64,000 nt of DNA from Gemmatimonadaceae bacterium (GCA_025928185.1 JAICKA010000004.1:19008-83007), one strand, 5' to 3'; positions 28,993 to 39,983 are shown, counted from the first letter of the stretch. The notes: generated from the sequence alone by a model not told the origin. Numbers and translations are program-made.

Positions 28993-29544
28993 ATGATCAT
29001 GTCCGACCGCTGGATCACCCGCATGGCCCGCGAGCACGGGATGATCGAACCGTATGAGGGTCGGCAGGTCCGCAAGGGCGTGATCTCGTACGGCGTCAGC
29101 TCGTACGGCTACGATATGCGAGTGGCGCACGAGTTCCGGATCTTCACGAACGTGCTGAACTCGATCGTCGACCCGAAGCAATTCGATCCGAAGTCGTTCG
29201 TACCATTCGAGGGCGACGTGTGTATCGTGCCGCCCAACTCGTTCGCCCTCGCGCGCTCCGTCGAGTACTTTCGCATTCCGCGGAACATTCTCACCGTCAC
29301 GGTGGGCAAGTCGACGTACGCGCGCTGTGGCATCATCACCAACGTCACGCCACTCGAGCCGGAGTGGGAAGGCTACGTGACGTTGGAAATTTCGAATACC
29401 ACGCCGCTGCCGGCACGCATCTACGCCAACGAAGGCATCGCGCAGGTGCTGTTCTTCCGCGGCGAAGAGGAGCCGGAAGTGTCGTACAAGGACAAGAGCG
29501 GCAAGTACCAGGGCCAGGTCGGAGTAACGCTGCCGCGGCTCTGA
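28993..29544 (+). CDS. dcd: dCTP deaminase
   Basis: 183 aa from the ATG at 28993 (MIMSDRWI...), with SSYGYDMRV and [10 protein letters not shown]...[15 protein letters not shown] motifs. The ORF-track start at 28798 lies in the repeat region and is rejected. Confidence 0.93.
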   Translation: MIMSDRWITRMAREHGMIEPYEGRQVRKGVISYGVSSYGYDMRVAHEFRIFTNVLNSIVDPKQFDPKSFVPFEGDVCIVPPNSFALARSVEYFRIPRNILTVTVGKSTYARCGIITNVTPLEPEWEGYVTLEISNTTPLPARIYANEGIAQVLFFRGEEEPEVSYKDKSGKYQGQVGVTLPRL

Positions 29545-29586
29545 GCCCGGCACGAGCGCTCGGCCGAACGGCACGCAGGGCGGCAG

Positions 29587-30489
29587 ATGATGCGCGTGAG
29601 GTTGCCAATGTCAGGCGGAACGAGCATTGAGAGGTCGACGGACCGCAGCATCGCGCGACTGCTCGTCGTGCTTGCCGCTGTCGTTTCAAATGCGGCTGCC
29701 GCGCAGGTTCCGGCGAAACGCTCGATCATCGGGAACGTGACCAGCGATTCGGCCGGCGTGCATGGCATCGGCGGCGTCGAGCTCACGATTCGCGCCCTCG
29801 GCGTTGGCACGCGAAGCAACTGGATGGGAGAGTTCCGGTTCCCGCCGATCCCGCCCGGCACATGGTTGGTCGAGACCAGACGTGTTGGCTATCGGTCGGC
29901 ATCGGATTCGGTGACTGTCGGACCGAACGCCGACGCGTCACTCAATTTCGTGCTCCATCCCGCGCCGGTGACGCTCGACTCGGTTGTCACGCGCGCTGAC
30001 GCCCAGAAGTACATCTCGCCGAATCTGCGCGGGTTCATGGAGCGCATGAATTCGCACCAGGGCGGGTACTTCATCGCTGATTCGGTTCTGCGTCAGAACG
30101 AGTCCAAACCGTTCAGCAGCATTCTCGAGAGTCGCGCACCAGGCTTGGAACTGTACCGATCCGGCAACAACGTCTACGCGATCACCGGACGGTACGGTGG
30201 CGCCGCGGCGCAGTGCGGGGTCTTTCAACGATGCAAGGGTGCGGACGGAAAGCCGATCGCGTCCAGCTCGCAAGTCCCGCAACGATGCTACGTCACCGTG
30301 TTTCTCGATGGCGTGCAGCTGTTCGATCCGGCGCAGGTATCTCCGCGCTCGCCGCCGACCAACCTGAACAGCATCGAGGCCACCAATCTGACCGGAGTGG
30401 AGTACTATCCCAGCTCGCAATCGGCTCCGGCCGAGTACCAGGGGGCGAGTCCGTGCGGAGCGTTGCTGCTGTGGACTCGCGAGAAATAA
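29587..30489 (+). CDS. secreted CarboxypepD_reg-like / plug-like domain protein
   Basis: 300 aa. Signal-peptide-like RSIARLLVVLAAVVSNAAAAQ, then GNVTSDS..GVELTI..GEFRFPPIPPGTWLVETRRVGY (carboxypeptidase-regulatory fold pattern) and a C-terminal domain ending IEATNLTGVEYY, reminiscent of TonB-receptor plug motifs. Function unknown. Confidence 0.55.
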   Translation: MMRVRLPMSGGTSIERSTDRSIARLLVVLAAVVSNAAAAQVPAKRSIIGNVTSDSAGVHGIGGVELTIRALGVGTRSNWMGEFRFPPIPPGTWLVETRRVGYRSASDSVTVGPNADASLNFVLHPAPVTLDSVVTRADAQKYISPNLRGFMERMNSHQGGYFIADSVLRQNESKPFSSILESRAPGLELYRSGNNVYAITGRYGGAAAQCGVFQRCKGADGKPIASSSQVPQRCYVTVFLDGVQLFDPAQVSPRSPPTNLNSIEATNLTGVEYYPSSQSAPAEYQGASPCGALLLWTREK

Positions 30490-30507
30490 CCGACGGCCCG
30501 TAGGGCC

Positions 30508-30774
30508 TCAGCGGAACAGTCCAGCGGCGTACAGGATGACGAGTAGCACGACCACGACCGCCACAATCCAGAATACGGGATTGCGGCGGCGCTGCGCGGC
30601 CGGCATTCGGCCGGCTGGCGTGCCGGGAACGTGTTGCGCGTGCGGGTTCGTGCCCTCCCCCGTCACGTAGGTCGTCTTCTCGACCGCGTCCGCGCCGCCG
30701 AGCTGGGCCTCGGCGTCGGGATACTGATGTTGTGGGATCTGTCCGCCCTGATCTCCAGGCCGCGGATTGGTCAT
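30508..30774 (-). CDS. small hypothetical protein with a C-terminal transmembrane helix
   Basis: 88 aa with a hydrophilic N-terminus and C-terminal FWIVAVVVVLLVILYAAGLF. GAGG SD about 6 nt upstream. High third-position G+C by hand tally. No family recognised. Confidence 0.5.
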   Translation of the reverse strand: MTNPRPGDQGGQIPQHQYPDAEAQLGGADAVEKTTYVTGEGTNPHAQHVPGTPAGRMPAAQRRRNPVFWIVAVVVVLLVILYAAGLFR

Positions 30775-30864
30775 ACGCGCCTCGTTCGCCGTGTGGCGCA
30801 GTCAGCTTGCACGGGCCGCGCCACCGGTCGAACGCCGCGCGCCGCGGCCGAACCTCTCCGGCGA

Positions 30865-31638
30865 TTACCCGGCGCCGACGGCGGATTTCTCCTCGCGCAC
30901 GGCGAGCGTCGCGGCGATGAAATCGCGATTCATCCGCGCGATCGTATCGATGCTGATCTCCTTCGGGCACGCCTCCTGACATTCGCCATGCCACGTGCAG
31001 TGGCCAAAGCCCTCGGCGTCCATCTGCGCGACCATTCGGCGAGCGCGGCGGTCGCGCTCGGGTTGTCCCTGTGGCAGCAGGCCAAGGTGCGAGATCTTGG
31101 CCGCGGTGAACAGCGAGGCCGAGCCGTTCGGGCAGGCGGCGACGCACGCACCGCAGCCGATGCACGCCGCCGCATCCATCGCGTCGTCCGCGTCCGGCTT
31201 CGCGATGAGGATGTTGTTGGCGTCCTGTGCGCTGCCGGTCGGGGCTGTGATGAACCCGCCCGATGCAATGATTCGATCCAACGCACTGCGATTCACCACC
31301 AGATCCTTCACGACGGGAAATGCGCGCGACCGCCAGGGTTCGATGTACACCGTCGCGCCGTCGTCGAAGCTGCGCATGTGCAGCTGACAGGTCGCCGTGC
31401 CCTTCATCGGACCGTGCGCGACGCCGTTGATCATCATGCCGCACGAGCCGCAGATCCCCTCGCGGCAGTCGTGATCGAACGCAATCGGCAGCTTCCCCGC
31501 CTCGACGAGGCCCTCGTTAACGACATCGAGCATCTCGAGAAACGACATGTCGGGGCTGATGTCCTGCGCGTCGTAGCGCTCCATCGCCCCCGGTGCATCG
31601 GGGCCGGCCTGCCGCCACACGTATAAAGTCAGATTCAT
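30865..31638 (-). CDS. sdhB: succinate dehydrogenase/fumarate reductase iron-sulfur subunit
   Basis: 257 aa, [15 protein letters not shown] (2Fe-2S), [12 protein letters not shown] and [12 protein letters not shown] cluster motifs. Confidence 0.92.
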   Translation of the reverse strand: MNLTLYVWRQAGPDAPGAMERYDAQDISPDMSFLEMLDVVNEGLVEAGKLPIAFDHDCREGICGSCGMMINGVAHGPMKGTATCQLHMRSFDDGATVYIEPWRSRAFPVVKDLVVNRSALDRIIASGGFITAPTGSAQDANNILIAKPDADDAMDAAACIGCGACVAACPNGSASLFTAAKISHLGLLPQGQPERDRRARRMVAQMDAEGFGHCTWHGECQEACPKEISIDTIARMNRDFIAATLAVREEKSAVGAG

Positions 31639-31675
31639 CGATCGGAACGGATCACTGGTTGCGAAGTCATTCGCG

Positions 31676-33592
<1,917 letters not shown>

Positions 33593-33595
33593 GGC

Positions 33596-34279
33596 TTACC
33601 GGATGACGCCGGCGATGACGCCGACGGGAACGAGCGTGAACCCGAGCCACACGATCACCGCGATCGCGAGCGCGATCGGCCGATGCAGCGGATGTGGCGA
33701 GGACTTGGCGTAGCCCAGCGTGCGTACCGAGCTCCAGGCGCCGTGATACAGGTGGAAGCCCAGCGCGATCATGGCCACGATGTAGAATGCCGCGACCCAC
33801 CAGATGCGAAAGCTCGCGACGATGTTGCCATAGACGTCGCGATCGCCTCGCGAATCGGTCATGCCGCGCCAACCGGCGGGATCGATCGTCTGGGTCGTGA
33901 AGTGCAGAATGTGAAAGACGATGAACACGAGCAGCAGCACGCCGCCCCACTTCATCGTGCGCGACGCCCACGTGGCGGCTTGCGGCTCCTTGCGCTCGTA
34001 CCCGACCGGCCGCGCAGCGGCGGAGATGCGCGTCAACTGATACGCCATCAACACGTGCAGCACGACCGCGACGATCAGGATGATGCGGATCAGCCAGGTG
34101 AATTCGTCGAGCGGCCCATGCAGCAGCGCGCCGTAGCCGTTCAGCTTTGCCGGTCCGACGAACACCTGCAGGTTGCCGAGCATGTGGACGATCACGAATG
34201 CCACGCCAATCAGGCCCGTGACGCCCATGATGATCTTCTTCCCGATCGTCGACCGGTAGAAGGCGGTGAGAAAGCTCAT
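33596..34279 (-). CDS. sdhC: succinate dehydrogenase cytochrome b subunit (single large b558-type anchor)
   Basis: 227 aa with about five hydrophobic helices and conserved His residues. Directly upstream of sdhA-sdhB. No separate sdhD. Confidence 0.8.
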   Translation of the reverse strand: MSFLTAFYRSTIGKKIIMGVTGLIGVAFVIVHMLGNLQVFVGPAKLNGYGALLHGPLDEFTWLIRIILIVAVVLHVLMAYQLTRISAAARPVGYERKEPQAATWASRTMKWGGVLLLVFIVFHILHFTTQTIDPAGWRGMTDSRGDRDVYGNIVASFRIWWVAAFYIVAMIALGFHLYHGAWSSVRTLGYAKSSPHPLHRPIALAIAVIVWLGFTLVPVGVIAGVIR

Positions 34280-34285
34280 GTGCCG

Positions 34286-35215
34286 TTACAACTTCACGGC
34301 TTTCATCGGCTCCCGGACGGCGTCGGCGCTCTTCTGGAGCGCGGCGCGCTCATCGGCCGTCAGCTCGACCTCGATGATCCGCTCCAGACCGCGACGACCG
34401 AGCTTGCAAGGCACGCCGAGGAACAGATCCTTCATGCCGTATTCTCCCGTGAGCCACGCCGCGCACGGCAGAATGCGATGCTGATCGAATGCGATTGCCT
34501 CGGCCATCTGCACCGCGCCCGCCGAAGGGGCGTAGTAGGCCGAACCGGTCTTGAGGTGCTTGACGATCTCGCCGCCACCGCCGCGCGTGCGTGTGATGAT
34601 GCTGTCGAGCGTGTCGCGCGCGATGAGCTGCGTGATCGGAATGCCGCTCACGCTCGTGTAGGAGATGAGCGGGACCATCGTGTCGCCGTGCCCGCCAAGG
34701 ACCATCGCCTGGATGTCACGCACGGAAACGTCGAGCGCTTCGGCGAGGAACGAGCGGTATCGCGCGGTGTCGAGTACTCCCGCCATGCCGAGTACGCGCT
34801 CGCGTGGAAACCCGCTGACCTGCTTCGCGACGTAGCACATCACGTCGAGCGGGTTCGAGACGATGATGAGAATCGCGTTCGGCGACGACTTCTTGATCTG
34901 CTCGGCGACCTGCTTCACGATGCCGGCGTTCGTATTGAGCAGATCGTCGCGCGACATACCGGGCTTGCGCGCGATGCCGGCGGTGATGATGACGATGTCG
35001 GATTCCGCCGTCTCGTCATAGCCGTTCGTGCCGACGATGCGGGAATCGAAGCCTTCGATCGGTGCGGACTCCCACTGATCGAGTCCCTTGCCCTGTGGAA
35101 TGCCTTCAACGACGTCAACCATGACGACGGTGCTGGCCAGCTCTTTCTCCGCGACGCGCTGCGCGGTCGTTGCGCCAACGTTTCCAGCGCCAACGACGGT
35201 GATTTTATTGACCAT
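34286..35215 (-). CDS. mdh: malate dehydrogenase (LDH-like family)
   Basis: 309 aa, [15 protein letters not shown] Rossmann motif, [17 protein letters not shown], and GGHGDTMVP (catalytic His). Confidence 0.95.
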   Translation of the reverse strand: MVNKITVVGAGNVGATTAQRVAEKELASTVVMVDVVEGIPQGKGLDQWESAPIEGFDSRIVGTNGYDETAESDIVIITAGIARKPGMSRDDLLNTNAGIVKQVAEQIKKSSPNAILIIVSNPLDVMCYVAKQVSGFPRERVLGMAGVLDTARYRSFLAEALDVSVRDIQAMVLGGHGDTMVPLISYTSVSGIPITQLIARDTLDSIITRTRGGGGEIVKHLKTGSAYYAPSAGAVQMAEAIAFDQHRILPCAAWLTGEYGMKDLFLGVPCKLGRRGLERIIEVELTADERAALQKSADAVREPMKAVKL

Positions 35216-35300
35216 GAATGGTTCGCTTGAGTGGAAGGACTGAAGCGAAACCTAATCAGGCCCGTCCGCGCGCTCTACCGTTGCGCCGTTCCGCCGTGTC

Positions 35301-36332
35301 TCAACCGCCGACTTGCGAGAGCGCCTTCAATCCGCCGATGCGCATCTGCAGCAGCTCGTGCTCCTTCGGCTTGTTGGCGAGCGCCTGACGGAACAACGGC
35401 TCGAGCGGCTCGCCCGCGCGCAGCGCGGTGCGAAGATCCACTTCGTGGTCGCCGAACAAGCAAGTGCGCAGCCGTCCATCGGCGGTGAGTCGCACGCGAT
35501 TGCACGACGCACAGTACGTGTGCGTCATCGGCGTGATGACGCCGATCGTGCCCGCGGCGCTCGGCCAGCGATAGTAGGCAGCCGGTCCGTTGCCGCGCGA
35601 CGGACCTTCGGACGGCGCGAGCGGCGCGATCGCGTTGAGGCGTGCGAGCAGCTCGTCGGTTGGAACGACGTGCGACCACGTGAGCGAGCGCAGGTCGCCG
35701 ACGGGCATCAACTCGATGAAGCGCACGTGCCATGGATGCGCGAGCGTGAGGCGCGCGAGATCTTCGACCTCGTCGTCGTTGATGCCGCGCATCACGACCA
35801 TGTTGAGCTTGACCGGATCGAGGCCGGCGTCGTGCGCGGCCGTCGCCGACCGCACCGGGTCGAAGCCGAGATCGCGTCGAGCAATGGTCGCGATCCGATC
35901 GGCCCGCAGGCTGTCGACGCTCATGTTGACGCGATCGAGCCCCGCCTCGCGCAACAGCGGCGCGATCGCCGGGAGCCGAACGCCGTTCGTCGACAGCGCG
36001 ATGTCCGTGATCTCTGGAATCGCGCGCAGCATGCGCACCAGCTCGTGAATTTGCGGGCGAATCGTCGGCTCTCCGCCGGTGATGCGCAGTCGCCTCAGCC
36101 CGAGCGGCGCGAGCTGCCGCACGACCTCGGTAATCTCTTCGTACGAGAGAATGTCGGCTTTCGGCAGCCACTGCATGCCCGTCTCCGGCATGCAGTAGAC
36201 GCAGCGGAAGTTGCAGCGGTCGGTGACGGAGATACGGAGATACTCGATGCTCCGTCCGAATTGATCGCGCAGCGCTGCAAACTCGCCGCTGTCGCTGGTC
36301 GTGCTTTGGGCAGTCCCGTTCAAGTCACTCAT
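35301..36332 (-). CDS. moaA: GTP 3',8-cyclase (molybdenum cofactor biosynthesis protein A)
   Basis: 343 aa from the ATG at 36332 (ATGA overlap with the moaE stop). Radical-SAM CNFRCVYCMP motif and a C-terminal CASCNRVRLTADG cluster motif. Confidence 0.9.
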   Translation of the reverse strand: MSDLNGTAQSTTSDSGEFAALRDQFGRSIEYLRISVTDRCNFRCVYCMPETGMQWLPKADILSYEEITEVVRQLAPLGLRRLRITGGEPTIRPQIHELVRMLRAIPEITDIALSTNGVRLPAIAPLLREAGLDRVNMSVDSLRADRIATIARRDLGFDPVRSATAAHDAGLDPVKLNMVVMRGINDDEVEDLARLTLAHPWHVRFIELMPVGDLRSLTWSHVVPTDELLARLNAIAPLAPSEGPSRGNGPAAYYRWPSAAGTIGVITPMTHTYCASCNRVRLTADGRLRTCLFGDHEVDLRTALRAGEPLEPLFRQALANKPKEHELLQMRIGGLKALSQVGG

Positions 36333-36796
36333 GCCGCTCCCCCGGAACCAACGACTTCTCTCCTCTCCTCTCTTCCCTCTCTCCTCTCGGCAGCCACCCA
36401 CTCGCGCGTCCCGTCGACGTAGTGCTCCAGCTTCCAGATCGGAACGCGCTGCTTGAGCTGCTCGATGATGTATCGATTGGCCTCGTACGCAGCGCCTCGG
36501 TGCGGATGCGCGACGGCGATCGCCACGCTGGCTTCGCCCAGCTCGAGAGTTCCAATGCGGTGCTCAACGACGATGTCGCGCGTGTCGAAGCGCTCAGCGG
36601 CCTCGCGCGCGATGTCCGCCAACTCGCGCTCGGCCATCGAACGATAGGCGCTGTATTCCATGCCGGAGACTTCGCGCCCATCGTTCACCTCGCGCACGGT
36701 GCCGAGGAAGAGCACAGTTGCGCCGTTCGCCACCCGCGCCACTTCGCCGAGCAACTGCTGCGCGTCGATCGGGCGCTCCACTATAGCGGTGCGCAT
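36329..36796 (-). CDS. moaE: molybdopterin synthase catalytic subunit
   Basis: 155 aa, FLGTVREVNDGREV...HRIGTLELGEASVAIAVAHPHRG...VPIWKLEHY. The C-terminal tail AAERREGREERRE is encoded by the third polypyrimidine/polypurine tract. Confidence 0.88.
   Translation of the reverse strand: MRTAIVERPIDAQQLLGEVARVANGATVLFLGTVREVNDGREVSGMEYSAYRSMAERELADIAREAAERFDTRDIVVEHRIGTLELGEASVAIAVAHPHRGAAYEANRYIIEQLKQRVPIWKLEHYVDGTREWVAAERREGREERREVVGSGGAA
36355..36388. repeat. third, degenerate copy of the (TCCTCTC)n tract, inside the 3' end of moaE
   Basis: 34 consecutive pyrimidines on the plus strand (cttctctcctctcctctcttccctctctcctctc). It shares the cctctctcctctc core with 28953-28988. Confidence 0.85.
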
Positions 36797-37039
36797 TCAG
36801 CCTCCGGCGACTGGTGGAATGATCGCGACCTCGTCACCGGCGTGCACGACGTCGTGACGCGCCGCATACCGCTCGTTCACCGCGACCAGCGGCTCGCGCG
36901 GGAGACGGCCTGCTCCAGGCAGCTCGCGCACCGATCCGATGACGTCAGCCACCGTCGCGCCACTCGGCAGCTCGACATCGATCGAGCTGGCGCCGACCGA
37001 TTCCGCGTAGGAGGCGAACAACAGCACAGTCACCGTCAT
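36797..37039 (-). CDS. moaD: molybdopterin synthase sulfur carrier subunit (MoaD/ThiS fold)
   Basis: 80 aa from the ATG at 37039, ending in the diagnostic C-terminal GG (IIPPVAGG). Its stop abuts the moaE start. Confidence 0.8.
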   Translation of the reverse strand: MTVTVLLFASYAESVGASSIDVELPSGATVADVIGSVRELPGAGRLPREPLVAVNERYAARHDVVHAGDEVAIIPPVAGG

Positions 37040-37156
37040 GAGTGATGCTACCCCGAATATGGCGAAGTGGGAAGCTTCGGTCGACGCACGCCGAATTGCG
37101 AACGGCCCGATGCCGAGCGGGCATCGAGCCGTGATAAACTGAAAAAGCAAAAGCGC

Positions 37157-37498
37157 TTAGGCCTCGGTCATCTCCTCGATGTCGTCTTCGAAATCACTGA
37201 GCTCGAGGCCCGCCACCATCGCGCGGAGCTCCTTGGACGGTTTGAACACCGGCACTGGCCTCGCGGAGACTTCGACAGGCGAGCCCGTCCGTGGATTTCG
37301 CGCCATGCGCGTCTTGCGATGCCGAATCTTGAACGTGCCGAAACCGCGGACTTCGATGTTCTTCTGACCCTGCAGCGCTTCTTTGATCGACTCCAGGAAA
37401 GCGTCGACGACGCGGGCGCAGTCTTTCTTGGAGATCATCGGCCCGGCAGTCCGGGAAATCTGGGCCGTGACTCTCTCGACCAGGTCGGCTTTGGTCAT
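37157..37498 (-). CDS. HU/IHF family DNA-binding protein with an acidic C-terminal tail
   Basis: 113 aa, GFGTFKIRHRKTRMARNPRTGSPVEV matches the HU/IHF beta-arm signature. Tail is SDFEDDIEEMTEA. Confidence 0.85.
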   Translation of the reverse strand: MTKADLVERVTAQISRTAGPMISKKDCARVVDAFLESIKEALQGQKNIEVRGFGTFKIRHRKTRMARNPRTGSPVEVSARPVPVFKPSKELRAMVAGLELSDFEDDIEEMTEA

Positions 37499-37546
37499 GC
37501 GAAATGCCTCGTGTTCAGGCGCCCGAGAACCCGGGAACGCATACCG

Positions 37547-37576
37547 AACTTAGCGACGTTAACTCTTGTGTGTCAA
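37547..37576 (-). promoter_or_regulatory. putative promoter of the HU/IHF gene
   Basis: Minus strand reads TTGACA (37576-37571, overlapping the carA stop), an 18-nt spacer, then TAAGTT (37552-37547), about 50 nt upstream of the ATG at 37498. Confidence 0.35.
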
Positions 37577-38709
37577 GAGTTTGGGTCACTTGTGGCCGCG
37601 TGCGAACGGACCGTTTTCATGAAATCGTCGAACAGCGGCCGAGCATCGTGAGGGCCGGGGGCCGCTTCCGGATGGTACTGGACCGCAAAGATCGGCATCG
37701 AGCGGTGGCGCAGGCCCTCAATCGAGCCGTCGTTCAGGTTCACGTGGGTCACTTCGAGGTCGGGCGCACCCGGTATTCCCTCGTCCGCGCCTTCCACGGC
37801 AAAGCCGTGATTTTGTGAGGTGATCAGCACGCGACCGCTGTCGACTTCGCGCACCGGATGATTTCCGCCGCGGTGGCCGTAGGGCATCTTGACGGTGCGC
37901 GCGCCGAAAGTGAGGCCGAGGATCTGGTGTCCCAGACAGATACCGAAGATCGGCACACCTTCGCGGGCAATCGTGCGAACAACCGTTGGCGCATACGACA
38001 CGGCTGCGGGATCACCCGGGCCGTTCGACAGGAACACTCCATTCGGCGCGAGCCCAAGCACTTCCTCCGCCGGCGTTTCGGCGGGAACCACCGTGACATG
38101 GCAGTCGTGTTCGGCAAAGAGCCGCAGAATGTTGCGTTTGATGCCGAAATCGTACGCCACGATGTGGTATGGAGCGCTCGGATTCCCCCACTCGTACTTC
38201 GAGGGCGTCGTCACGCGAGTGGCGAGATCGAGACCTTCCATCGCCGGGCAGGCGTCGAGCGCAATCAACGCCTCGCGTGACGGCTCGATTCCGTCGGCGA
38301 TGACGCCACGCATCACACCTGCCGATCTCAGGTGCCGAGTGAGGCGGCGAGTGTCAACATCCTCGAGTACCGGCACTTGCGATGTCTCGAACCACGACGC
38401 GAGACTGCCTTCGGCTCGCCAGTTCGAATAGCTGCGCGACAGCTCGCGAACGACCACGCCGGCGACTTGCGCTCGCGCCGATTCGGGGTCTGACGTGTTC
38501 ACGCCGTAGTTGCCGATCATCGGCGCCGTCATCACGACGATCTGGCCGCGGTAGGAGGGGTCGGTGAACACCTCCTGGTAGCCGCTCATGTTCGTCGTGA
38601 ACACCACCTCGGCGACGGTGGGCATGGTGCCGCCGATGAGATTTCCGCGAAACAGGGTTCCATCCTCGAGGAGGAGGAACCCTGGCCGACCGCGTGGGGC
38701 GTCGCTCAC
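37573..38709 (-). CDS. carA: carbamoyl-phosphate synthase small (glutaminase) subunit
   Basis: GFLLLEDGTLFRG N-terminus, GICLGHQ catalytic Cys, and HGFAV...QYHPEA. Start trimmed to the GTG at 38709, 4 nt past the secG stop. Confidence 0.9.
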   Translation of the reverse strand: MSDAPRGRPGFLLLEDGTLFRGNLIGGTMPTVAEVVFTTNMSGYQEVFTDPSYRGQIVVMTAPMIGNYGVNTSDPESARAQVAGVVVRELSRSYSNWRAEGSLASWFETSQVPVLEDVDTRRLTRHLRSAGVMRGVIADGIEPSREALIALDACPAMEGLDLATRVTTPSKYEWGNPSAPYHIVAYDFGIKRNILRLFAEHDCHVTVVPAETPAEEVLGLAPNGVFLSNGPGDPAAVSYAPTVVRTIAREGVPIFGICLGHQILGLTFGARTVKMPYGHRGGNHPVREVDSGRVLITSQNHGFAVEGADEGIPGAPDLEVTHVNLNDGSIEGLRHRSMPIFAVQYHPEAAPGPHDARPLFDDFMKTVRSHAATSDPNS

Positions 38710-38713
38710 GCCG

Positions 38714-39157
38714 TTACGGCTTTTTCGTCGGCGCGGGCGTGGCTGGCGCCGGCTTCGATGCCGAACCTTGAGCACCGCTGGCTGGCGCCGGCGCGGTCGT
38801 GGTCGGCGCGGGTGAGAGCGGAATGGTCGGATTCGCGCCGCCGGCCGGTGCTGTGTTCGCCGGCGCCGTCACGGGCGCATTCGGAAACGCCTGATCGAGC
38901 ACCGACTTGGGCGTGCGGCTGCGTGACGACGCGAGCGCAAGCAGGAATGACAATCCGAGAAAAATTCCGCCGCACCACCAACTCGCCTTGGTCAGCAGAT
39001 TTCCCGTCTGACGCGTGCCGAGAAACGAGCTGGCCGAGCTGCTCACACCGCCGAACGATGCGGCCATGCCTCCGCCCTGTCCTGATTGCATCAGGATTGC
39101 GACGCAGAGGATGATACTGTCGATGATGAGGAGGATCAGCAGGAAGGTGTACAGCAT
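38714..39157 (-). CDS. secG: preprotein translocase subunit SecG with a long Pro/Ala/Thr-rich tail
   Basis: 147 aa from the ATG at 39157. Two helices flank LMQSGQGGGMAASFGG (SecG signature). Conserved position after tpiA. Confidence 0.75.
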   Translation of the reverse strand: MLYTFLLILLIIDSIILCVAILMQSGQGGGMAASFGGVSSSASSFLGTRQTGNLLTKASWWCGGIFLGLSFLLALASSRSRTPKSVLDQAFPNAPVTAPANTAPAGGANPTIPLSPAPTTTAPAPASGAQGSASKPAPATPAPTKKP

Positions 39158-39218
39158 CGCGGCGAGCTCGGTGTGACGGAGGGTAAGCCCCAAATATCAC
39201 GATACTTAGCGCGCTGCG

Positions 39219-39983
39219 TCAACCCTTCGCGGCCCGAGTGCCGCAGATCGTTGCCCAGTTCGCCGGGTCGAGGCACGCGCCACCGACCAGCAGCCCGTCC
39301 ACGTCGCGCGCCGCCAACAGCGACTCGGCGTTCCCCCCATTGACGCTTCCGCCGTAGACGATCGGCACGGCGGCGGCCCGATCGCCGATACGTTCGCGCA
39401 ACGCACCACGGAGATGGGCGTGCACGGTGGAAGCGTCCGCTGGCGTTGCCGTCTTGCCGGTGCCGATCGCCCACACGGGCTCGTAGGCGATGATCGCCGC
39501 CGCCACACTCTCATTCCCCACTTCGGCGAGTCCGGCGCGGAGCTGGTTCAGCACGATCTCGTTCGTCGTTCCAGCTTCGCGTTGAGCGAGCAGCTCGCCG
39601 ACGCAGAGGATTGGCGTGAGGCCGTTTCGCACGGCGGCCGCGCACTTGAGCGCGGTCTCCGCGACCGTTTCGCCGAACACGTGTCGGCGTTCCGAGTGTC
39701 CAACGAGAGCGTACCGCGCGCCGGCATCAGCCGCCATCCGTGCCGACGTCTCGCCGGTGAATGCGCCGGCGTCTTCAGTCCACACGTTCTGAACGCCGAC
39801 CGCGATATCCCGCCGGCTGCCGAGCGCGTGCATCACGACGCCGATCGAGATTGCCGGCGGGCAGAAGATCACCGTTCGATCCTCGTGCGGCGTCCAGCGC
39901 GCCGTGAACGCGGCCATGTACGCACGGGCCTCGGTCGGCCCGTGATTCATCTTCCAGTTCGCGATGAAAACCGGGCGGCGCAT
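39219..39983 (-). CDS. tpiA: triosephosphate isomerase
   Basis: FIANWKMNHG, ALVGHSERR and YEPVWAIGTG motifs. The ATG at 39983 overlaps the pgk TGA by 1 nt. Confidence 0.93.
   Translation of the reverse strand: MRRPVFIANWKMNHGPTEARAYMAAFTARWTPHEDRTVIFCPPAISIGVVMHALGSRRDIAVGVQNVWTEDAGAFTGETSARMAADAGARYALVGHSERRHVFGETVAETALKCAAAVRNGLTPILCVGELLAQREAGTTNEIVLNQLRAGLAEVGNESVAAAIIAYEPVWAIGTGKTATPADASTVHAHLRGALRERIGDRAAAVPIVYGGSVNGGNAESLLAARDVDGLLVGGACLDPANWATICGTRAAKG

Noticed and set aside
28754-28993. Small ORFs translating the repeat tracts ([13 protein letters not shown]..., [10 protein letters not shown]..., [11 protein letters not shown])
   Set aside because: The Glu/Arg/Gly or Ser/Leu/Pro periodic peptides are simply the three-frame translation of (GGAGAGA)n or its complement. 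They lie in the divergent promoter region and have no start context.
37040-37156. Possible Moco riboswitch in the 117-nt region upstream of moaD
   Set aside because: The location upstream of a moa operon is suggestive, and there is a small hairpin (cgatgcc-cgctc-ggcatcg). However, I could not recognise the conserved Moco-motif elements from memory, and the region must also hold the HU/IHF gene terminator. A cmsearch with Rfam RF01055 would decide. Without it there is no support.
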